A stretch of DNA of 64,000 nucleotides. Origin: Prevotella sp. UBA2754. GTDB taxonomy: Bacteria > Bacteroidota > Bacteroidia > Bacteroidales > Bacteroidaceae. The position numbers were made by a program, and so were the translations under genes. Location of the stretch: assembly GCA_002353295.1 (NCBI GenBank), contig DEJG01000019.1, positions 104,977 to 168,976 of the forward strand. Direction: 5' to 3'. The notes under the pieces were generated by a model, which saw nothing but the letters and a program-made list of their open reading frames with translations, had not been told where the DNA came from and made no database searches. Positions 57,020-64,000 of this stretch are shown one piece after another; the first letter of the stretch is position 1; each line of letters opens with the position of its first letter.

Positions 57020-58359
57020 AGGCGTGCCTTGATGGCCTTTGTCTCTTCCTCGTAACCAGGTTTCTCGAGCAGGGCGAACATATTCTTTTTGTAAGCCTCG
57101 ACACCAGGCTGGTTGAATGGATTGACTCCCAGCAGGTTTCCGCTGATACCACAGGCAATCTCGAAGAAGTAGATAAGCTGTCCGATATAGTACTCATTGA
57201 GTTTTGGAACACTGATGTGGATGTTGGGTACACCACCGTCCACGTGAGCCAGACGAGTACCGAGCTCAGCCATCTTATTCACCTCGTCCACACGCTTGCC
57301 AGCCAGGAAATTCAGACCGTCAAGATTCTCCTCGTCCTCTGGGAAGAGCAACTTCTTCTCAGGCTCCTCGATAGAGATCACTGTCTCGTAGATGGTGCGC
57401 TCGCCGTCCTGAATCCACTGACCCATTGAGTGCAGGTCGGTTGTGAAGTCAACACTGGCAGGGAAGATACCCTTCTTGTCTTTGCCCTCAGACTCTCCAT
57501 AGAGCTGTTTCCACCACTCACTGAAGAAGTGGAGCTTGGGCTGGTAGTTCACCATGATCTCAATCTTCTTGCCAGCCTGATAGAGTCCGTTACGAACAGC
57601 AGCATACTGGGCAGCAGGGTTCTCTTCAAATGGAACATCCTTGCCACACTGCTTCTCCATGTCCTGAGCACCCTTTACCAACTGTTTGATATCGAAACCG
57701 GCACAGGCAATAGGAAGTAGGCCTACTGGAGTGAGCACAGAGAAACGACCACCCACATTGTCGGGAATGATAAAGCTCTTGTAACCCTCCTTGTCGGCAC
57801 AAGTACGGGCAGCACCACGCTTAGCATCCGTTACGGCTACAATCACCTTCTTGGCCTCTTCTTTGCCACGTTGAGCCTCACACTGCTTTTTCAGCAGGCG
57901 GAAGGTCAGGGCCGTCTCAGTGGTAGTGCCCGACTTAGAGATGTTGATGACACCAAACTTCTTATTCTTCAAATATTCGGTGAGTTCGAACAGATAGTCT
58001 TCACCAATGTTATTACCAGCAAAGAGGATGGTAGGGTTCTTCTTGTCCTGAATGAGCCAGCCGAAAGAGTTGCTCAGTGCTTCAATCACGGCACGGGCAC
58101 CCAGATAGCTACCACCGATACCTGCCACAACTACAGCCTCGCAATTCTCACGAAGTACATTGGCGCATGCCTGTAACTCGTCCAGGAAAGCAGGAGTGAT
58201 CTCTGTTGGCAGATGCAACCATCCAAGGAAATCGTTACCTGGGCAAGTGCCCTCTTCCAGAGACTGCTGTGCAGCCTTTACCTTTGGCTCAAAAGCCTTC
58301 ACAGCTCCTGCTTCCAAGAAGCAAGCAGCCTTTGTGATGTTAAGTTTGATATTACTCAT
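57004..58359 (-). CDS. pgi: Glucose-6-phosphate isomerase
   Basis: [45 protein letters not shown]. Confidence 0.97.
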   Translation of the reverse strand: MSNIKLNITKAACFLEAGAVKAFEPKVKAAQQSLEEGTCPGNDFLGWLHLPTEITPAFLDELQACANVLRENCEAVVVAGIGGSYLGARAVIEALSNSFGWLIQDKKNPTILFAGNNIGEDYLFELTEYLKNKKFGVINISKSGTTTETALTFRLLKKQCEAQRGKEEAKKVIVAVTDAKRGAARTCADKEGYKSFIIPDNVGGRFSVLTPVGLLPIACAGFDIKQLVKGAQDMEKQCGKDVPFEENPAAQYAAVRNGLYQAGKKIEIMVNYQPKLHFFSEWWKQLYGESEGKDKKGIFPASVDFTTDLHSMGQWIQDGERTIYETVISIEEPEKKLLFPEDEENLDGLNFLAGKRVDEVNKMAELGTRLAHVDGGVPNIHISVPKLNEYYIGQLIYFFEIACGISGNLLGVNPFNQPGVEAYKKNMFALLEKPGYEEETKAIKARLENEK

Positions 58360-58383
58360 AGTTTCACTGTTATTGATTTTGTA

Positions 58384-59379
58384 TTATCTAAAACTGTCTG
58401 TAAGTAGTTTGATTTCAATCTGTGGAGAGATGCGCTCGTACAAAATATTATACACAGCATCGAGAATAGGCATATTGACATGACAGTGGCGGTTAATCTC
58501 CTTCATGCACTTCGTGCCGAAGTAGCCCTCTGCAATCATTTCCATCTCTATCTGTGCCGACTTCACGCTATAACCCTTGCCTATCATGGTGCCGAACGTA
58601 CGGTTGCGCGAGAAATTCGAGTAGCCAGTCACGAGCAGATCGCCCAAGTAGACACTATCCACAATATTGCGCTCAATAGGATGCACGACTTTGAGAAAAC
58701 GGGCCATCTCCTGAACGGCATTGGCCATCAGTACAGCCTGGAAGTTATCACCAAACTTCAGCCCGTTACAGATACCTGCTGCAATGGCGTAGACATTTTT
58801 CAGTACGGACGAATATTCAATACCAATCACATCTGAGGATGTCTTGGTCTTGATATACTCGCTAGTCAGGATGTCGGCAAAGGCATCAGCCTTCTCGCGG
58901 TCGGCACAACCCACGGTGAGATAGCTCAGTCGTTCCAATGCCACTTCTTCTGCATGCGAGGGGCCTCCGATACAAGCCAAATTCTCGTATGGCACGTCAT
59001 ACACCTGATGGAAATACTCTGAGCAAACCAAGTTCTCGTCGGGCACAATACCCTTGATGGCTGTCACGATAAATTTATCGCGAATGCGCGTCTTCAGTTT
59101 TTTCAGATGACTCTTCAGGTAGGGTGACGGAGTGACGAATACCAGCGTGTCGTACATCTGTACGATTTTGTTGAGGTCGGACGAGAAGAAAAGTTCGTCC
59201 GTATTGAAATGCACACTCATCAAGTAGGCAGGGTTATGGCCCAGTCGCTTGAAGTCCTCAATACGGTCGTCACGGCGCATATACCATCCGATGTGGTGAG
59301 TCTTGCCCACTACAATCTTGGCAATGGCTGTAGCCCAGCTACCTCCGCCAATGATGGCTATTTTTCCGCAGTCGTACAT
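58384..59379 (-). CDS. gpsA: NAD(P)H-dependent glycerol-3-phosphate dehydrogenase
   Basis: GGGSWATA, GPSHAEEV, LKNVYAIAAG, GDLLVTGYSNFSRNR. Confidence 0.93.
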   Translation of the reverse strand: MYDCGKIAIIGGGSWATAIAKIVVGKTHHIGWYMRRDDRIEDFKRLGHNPAYLMSVHFNTDELFFSSDLNKIVQMYDTLVFVTPSPYLKSHLKKLKTRIRDKFIVTAIKGIVPDENLVCSEYFHQVYDVPYENLACIGGPSHAEEVALERLSYLTVGCADREKADAFADILTSEYIKTKTSSDVIGIEYSSVLKNVYAIAAGICNGLKFGDNFQAVLMANAVQEMARFLKVVHPIERNIVDSVYLGDLLVTGYSNFSRNRTFGTMIGKGYSVKSAQIEMEMIAEGYFGTKCMKEINRHCHVNMPILDAVYNILYERISPQIEIKLLTDSFR

Positions 59380-59453
59380 ATTATCAATTTAAAGACAGAA
59401 TAACAAAATAACTTTTCTGTTTGGCAGTAAATATGTTATTATGTTAATATGTC

Positions 59454-61232
59454 TTATTCTGTTACTTTGTCTATCCAAGTTTGGATGTCGTCCACACTGG
59501 GCTTCTGCATCTCCAGCTTGTATTTCTTCACAATGTCGCCAATCTTCTGTTGCAAGCCCTGAGCCTTCTCGTCCTTGATGTTCGAGATGAGGTTGAAGCC
59601 TGCCTTGCGCAACACGGGAACCCACTCTTCTGCCACACCGATTTCTGCCCATTCTGCTACCGATGACTGAGGAATCTTCTTTTCGGGCTTCATCTGTGGG
59701 AAGAACAGCACCTCCTGAATGAACGTCTTACCCGTCATCAGCATCACCAGACGGTCGATACCGATTCCGATACCCGATGTGGGAGGCATACCGTATTGCA
59801 GGGCACGCAGGAAGTCTTGGTCAATAATCATGGCCTCGTCGTCACCCTTGTCAGCCAGTTTCATCTGTTCAATGAAACGCTCCTCCTGGTCAATGGGGTC
59901 GTTCAACTCCGAGTAGGCATTAGCCAGCTCCTTACCATTCACCATCAACTCGAAACGCTCTGTCAGTCCGGGCTTCGAGCGGTGCATTTTGGTCAGGGGT
60001 GACATCTCCACAGGATAGTCGGTGATGAAGGTAGGCTGGATGAAGGTACCCTCGCAGAACTCCCCGAAGAGTTCGTCAATGAGCTTACCCTTACCCATGG
60101 TCTCGTCCACCTCCATGCCCTTTTCCTTACAGAACGCACGGATTTCCTCCTCCGTCTTGCCGTCGCAGTCGAAACCGGTCTTCTCCTTGATAGCATCGAG
60201 GATAGGCAGACGGCGATAGGGAGCCTTGAACGATACGATATTGCCGTCAATCTCGCGCTCTGGCTTGCCATTCACGGCAATACAGATGGTTTCCAGCAAC
60301 TTCTCCGTGAATGACATCATCCAGTTGTAGTCCTTATATTGAACATAGAGCTCCATACAGGTGAACTCCGGATTGTGGTTGCGGTCCATACCCTCGTTGC
60401 GGAAGTTCTTGCCAATCTCGTAGACACCCTCGAAACCACCCACGATGAGGCGCTTCAGATAGAGCTCGGTGGCAATACGCATATACATATCCTGATCCAG
60501 TGCATTGAAGTGCGTGATAAACGGACGTGCCGAGGCACCGCCTGCAATCATCTGCAGGGTAGGAGTCTCTACCTCCGTATAACCGGCCTCGTCAAGTACT
60601 TTTCTTAAGGTGCGAATCACGGTGGCACGCTGTAAGAAGGTATCCTTCACACCGTCATTCACCACCAAGTCGACATAACGCTGGCGGTAGCGCAGTTCGG
60701 GGTCCTCAAACTTATCGTATGCCACACCGTCCTTGTATTTCACGATGGGCAGTGGCTTCAGCGATTTCGAAAGCAGTGTCAGCTCCTGGGCATGTACACT
60801 GATTTCGCCCGTCTGTGTGCGGAACACGAAACCCTTCACACCGATGAAGTCACCGATGTCCAGCAAGCGCTTGAACACCTTATTATATAAATCTTTATCC
60901 TCGCCCGGACACAAGTCGTCGCGAGAAATATATACTTGGATTCTGCCTTTGCTATCCTGAATCTCTGCAAAACTGGCTTTTCCCATCACGCGACGGCTCA
61001 TCATACGGCCTGCGATGACAACCTGAGGCAATTGGCTGCTGGCCATTGGCTCTTGGCCTTCAGGAGCATCAATCACCCATTCGCCACTTTCTACTTTCTG
61101 ACGGATATCGGTGGAAAAAGCATTGGTGGGATATTCTGCAGCTGGATATGGATTGATTCCCATATCCCGCAACTCTTGCAGACTCTCGCGTCTGCCTATC
61201 TCTTGTTCACTAAGTTCTAAAACATTCATCAT
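59454..61232 (-). CDS. lysS: Lysyl-tRNA synthetase (class II) with C-terminal extension
   Basis: GKASF, YRQRYVDL, YMRIATELYLKRL, FRNEG, GIGIDR. Start reassigned to 61232, below the -7 box at 61259-61266. Confidence 0.97.
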   Translation of the reverse strand: MMNVLELSEQEIGRRESLQELRDMGINPYPAAEYPTNAFSTDIRQKVESGEWVIDAPEGQEPMASSQLPQVVIAGRMMSRRVMGKASFAEIQDSKGRIQVYISRDDLCPGEDKDLYNKVFKRLLDIGDFIGVKGFVFRTQTGEISVHAQELTLLSKSLKPLPIVKYKDGVAYDKFEDPELRYRQRYVDLVVNDGVKDTFLQRATVIRTLRKVLDEAGYTEVETPTLQMIAGGASARPFITHFNALDQDMYMRIATELYLKRLIVGGFEGVYEIGKNFRNEGMDRNHNPEFTCMELYVQYKDYNWMMSFTEKLLETICIAVNGKPEREIDGNIVSFKAPYRRLPILDAIKEKTGFDCDGKTEEEIRAFCKEKGMEVDETMGKGKLIDELFGEFCEGTFIQPTFITDYPVEMSPLTKMHRSKPGLTERFELMVNGKELANAYSELNDPIDQEERFIEQMKLADKGDDEAMIIDQDFLRALQYGMPPTSGIGIGIDRLVMLMTGKTFIQEVLFFPQMKPEKKIPQSSVAEWAEIGVAEEWVPVLRKAGFNLISNIKDEKAQGLQQKIGDIVKKYKLEMQKPSVDDIQTWIDKVTE

Positions 61233-61420
61233 TGTTTTTCTTGTTTGAATAATGGTTGCAAAGTTACTAAAATAATCTGATACAAACTGCATTTTTGCGT
61301 TTTTTTTCATTCGCAAAGCAACGTAGGTTAAATAATTGCTAAAAAAATCGGACAATATTTGCATAGTTGGGGATTTCTTTTTATATTTGCCAAATTATTA
61401 CTAACACCATATCTATATCT

Positions 61421-62401
61421 ATGATTGATTACAATTTTAAAACCAAAGTTGTTGGCGTGGATATTCGTATTGACAGAACCGCATGTGGTGTTGTCAATAT
61501 TCGTGGTGAGATTCTCTCTCGTGACGAGTTTGCCACTATCGACTATCCTGACATCAGCGACTTTGTGACCAAACTAGCAGACTCTATCGTGGCAGTAGCC
61601 CAGGATTCAGGAGGCTTTGAGGATATTCGTTCCGTGGGTATCAGCACACCTAGCGGCAATGTTCATTCGGGATGTATCGAGAATTCTCCCAATTTCCCTT
61701 GGAAGGGTATCGTTCCCCTGGCTGCCATGTTGCGCGACCGTCTGGGTCTTGCTGTGATTATTGATAATAATGCCAATGTCATAGCGATGGCAGAACATGC
61801 TTTCGGAGCTGCTCATGGCATGAAAGACTTTATTTTGGTCAATCTGGGTAGTGGAACAGGTAGTTGTATTTATAGCAAGGGGATGATTCATCAGGGCACG
61901 CATGGTTTTGCAGGTGAGTTAGGTCATACAACCTATATTCCGGGTGGACGTCCCTGTGGCTGTGGTAAGCGTGGCTGTCTGGAAGGCTATACAGCCATCA
62001 AGGGCGTGCTGCAAACTGCTCGCGAGGTGATGGAGGAGAGTGATGCTCCTTCCCTGATGCGTACCGTTCAGCAATTAACGGTGCAGATGATTTCGGAATT
62101 CTGTAACAAGGGTGATGAACTGGCCATCGAAGTGATGCGCCGCACAGGTCATGCCCTGGGTATGGCACTGGCTAACTATGCTACGATAATCAATCCCGAA
62201 GCCATTATTTTGGCAGGTGTGGTAGCGAAGGCAGGCAAGTGGCTGGTAGAACCGGCTAACGAGGTTTTTGAGGCTCATGTGTTCAAGAATATGCAGGGGA
62301 AAGTCAAGATATTGACCTCCAATTATGACGACAAGGAGATTAATGTGCTGGGTGCCAGTGTGTTGGCCTGGGGTGTGAAGGAATATTCTCTCTTTATCTA
62401 A
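61421..62401 (+). CDS. ROK family protein (paralogue 1)
   Basis: GELGH and CGCGKRGCLE zinc motif; start at ATG 61421, downstream of TATATTTG 61382-61389. Confidence 0.9.
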   Translation: MIDYNFKTKVVGVDIRIDRTACGVVNIRGEILSRDEFATIDYPDISDFVTKLADSIVAVAQDSGGFEDIRSVGISTPSGNVHSGCIENSPNFPWKGIVPLAAMLRDRLGLAVIIDNNANVIAMAEHAFGAAHGMKDFILVNLGSGTGSCIYSKGMIHQGTHGFAGELGHTTYIPGGRPCGCGKRGCLEGYTAIKGVLQTAREVMEESDAPSLMRTVQQLTVQMISEFCNKGDELAIEVMRRTGHALGMALANYATIINPEAIILAGVVAKAGKWLVEPANEVFEAHVFKNMQGKVKILTSNYDDKEINVLGASVLAWGVKEYSLFI

Positions 62402-62413
62402 AAACGAAGACCG

Positions 62414-63400
62414 ATGGACGAAAAGATAATCAAAAGGCATGTGGTTGGTATTGACATTAGTACCGAGTTGACCACGTATGCTATTGTAGATATACAAGGT
62501 GGCATATTGGCTAAGGAAAGTTTTTCAACATCCGACTATTCCAATGTTAATGAGTATGTCTCAGTGTTAAGTGATAAGATCGTGATGATGGTAGAGCAGA
62601 ATGGCGGCTACGAGACGATACGCTCAGTAGGCGTGAGTGCTCCGAGCGGCAATTTCTTAACGGGCAGCATGGAGAATGCGTCCAATATGCCATGGAAGGG
62701 GCATGTCCCTTTGGCCGCTATGTTGCGCGATCGCTTAGGACTGGCTGTGGCACTGGGTAATGATGCCCATGTGACAGCTGTTGGAGAGAAGACTTTCGGT
62801 GCTGCTCGTGGCTTGAGTGATTTCGTGATTGTGTCCATCAGCAGTCATGGCGGTGTGGGCAGTTGCATCTATATGGATGGACGTGTTCATCTGGGTTCTG
62901 AAGGTTTTGCCGGGGAGTTCGGTCACATGTGTCTGGTGCAAAACGGTCGTCAGTGCAGTTGTGGGCATAAAGGGTGTGTAGAGGAATATACCTCAGCTCG
63001 TGGCCTGGTGAAGACCGTTCAGGAGATCATGAGTGAATCGGGTAATTCCAGTATCTTGAGCAACTCCGACAATCTGAGCATTAAAGTCATTGCCGATGCC
63101 TGTGAACAGGGTGATGAGGTGGCTATCGAGGCATTTCATCGCACAGGTCAGTATCTGGGAATGGCCCTGGGCACCTATGCATCGCTCATCGATCCTGAGG
63201 CTATTATCCTGACTGGCGACTTGGTGTCACATAGCAAATGGCTGATGGATGACATGAGAGCTTCTTTCCAAGCTCATGTGTTCCAGAATCTGAGAGGCAA
63301 AATCGATCTTCTGATTTCTCCGCTCAACAATAATGAACGCGATCTGCTCGGTGCCAGTGCGTTGGCATGGGAGGTAAAAGAATATTCTTTGTTTAAATAA
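62414..63400 (+). CDS. ROK family protein (paralogue 2)
   Basis: NDAH, GEFGH, CSCGHKGCVE. Confidence 0.9.
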   Translation: MDEKIIKRHVVGIDISTELTTYAIVDIQGGILAKESFSTSDYSNVNEYVSVLSDKIVMMVEQNGGYETIRSVGVSAPSGNFLTGSMENASNMPWKGHVPLAAMLRDRLGLAVALGNDAHVTAVGEKTFGAARGLSDFVIVSISSHGGVGSCIYMDGRVHLGSEGFAGEFGHMCLVQNGRQCSCGHKGCVEEYTSARGLVKTVQEIMSESGNSSILSNSDNLSIKVIADACEQGDEVAIEAFHRTGQYLGMALGTYASLIDPEAIILTGDLVSHSKWLMDDMRASFQAHVFQNLRGKIDLLISPLNNNERDLLGASALAWEVKEYSLFK

Positions 63401-63439
63401 TCATCATTCATTTTAATTAACTATATTATTCATTCATTC

Positions 63440-64000
63440 ATGGGAGAAGATAATATTAAAACTCGAGTCGTGGGTGTCGACATTAGTAATGAGTCGACCA
63501 CTTATGCCATTGTTGACATCCGAGGAAACATTATCGCAGAAAGTAGTTTTGTGACTACAGACTATTTGGACATCAACAATTTTATATCTCATCTTGCCGA
63601 TGCGATTGTAGAGTTGGTGGAAGCTAATGGAGGTTATGAGAAGATCCGGTCGGTGGGCATCAGTTCACCAAGTGCCAGTTTTATCACGGGCAGTATCGTG
63701 AATGCTCCTAACCTGCCGTGGAAGGGTGTTATTCCTGTCGCTGCCATGCTTCGCGACCGTCTGGGTCTTGCTGTGGCAATGGCCAATGATGCTCATATCT
63801 CTGCGTTGGGTGAGCATGCCTTCGGGTCGGCTCATGGTATGAAAGATTTTATTGTCATCAATCTGGGTGTCGGTCTGGGCAGTTGCTTCTTCTCTGCAGG
63901 TCGTGAGCATCAGGGCTTTGAAGGCTTTGCCGGTGAGGTGGGCCATACCACTATAGTGGAGGGTGGTCGCCGTTGTGGCTGTGGCAAGGAGGGTTGCCTG
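63440..64000 (+). CDS. ROK family protein (paralogue 3, runs off the window)
   Basis: Manual translation: MGEDNIKTRVVGVDISNEST...NDAH...GEVGH...CGCGKEGCL. Confidence 0.9.
   Translation, partial: MGEDNIKTRVVGVDISNESTTYAIVDIRGNIIAESSFVTTDYLDINNFISHLADAIVELVEANGGYEKIRSVGISSPSASFITGSIVNAPNLPWKGVIPVAAMLRDRLGLAVAMANDAHISALGEHAFGSAHGMKDFIVINLGVGLGSCFFSAGREHQGFEGFAGEVGHTTIVEGGRRCGCGKEGCL

Noticed and set aside
61233-61420. Long N-terminal extensions of lysS and ROK1 in the ORF track
   Set aside because: Both extend past their own -7 promoter boxes, so downstream ATGs were used.
1-64000. Mobile elements, prophage, tRNA and rRNA genes
   Set aside because: No integrase, transposase or phage genes, terminal repeats with target duplications, or RNA-gene signatures were recognised by eye. 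tRNAscan and ISEScan were not run.

Overview
Chromosomal window from a Bacteroidales bacterium, most likely a rumen-type Prevotella/Xylanibacter. The basis is the TTTG-N19/20-TAnnTTTG sigma promoters, the Prevotella-type T9SS C-terminal tails and the gene families. About 41 CDS are supported; no rRNA, tRNA, CRISPR array, integrase or transposase was seen. Housekeeping genes lie at both ends (serB, DPP-IV-like S9 peptidase, THUMP methyltransferase; pgi, gpsA, lysS, three tandem ROK proteins). The accessory centre holds two S8 proteases, a LacI regulator with two operator-like sites, a xyloglucan-type glycosidase cluster (GH31-PA14, GH2, GH31) with no SusC/D, an MBL-porin-symporter operon and a PL1 pectate lyase. 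Strongest leads: (1) a seven-gene eukaryotic-like phospho-signalling operon at 39.1-47.5 kb with a soluble FHA protein, RD and non-RD Ser/Thr kinases, a membrane PP2C, a membrane FHA protein, an FHA-FHA-TM-trypsin fusion with an intact triad, and a secreted WG-repeat protein; (2) a radical SAM/SPASM enzyme beside a tiny lipoprotein carrying Cys-Tyr-Gly at the lipidation site, possibly a splicease-type modification; (3) a CTD-less pectate lyase coupled to a mini-protein that carries the CTD; (4) two sensor kinases lacking the phospho-His; (5) a LacI-divergent promoter-terminator unit with no gene. All family assignments come from motif recognition by eye; no database searches were run.
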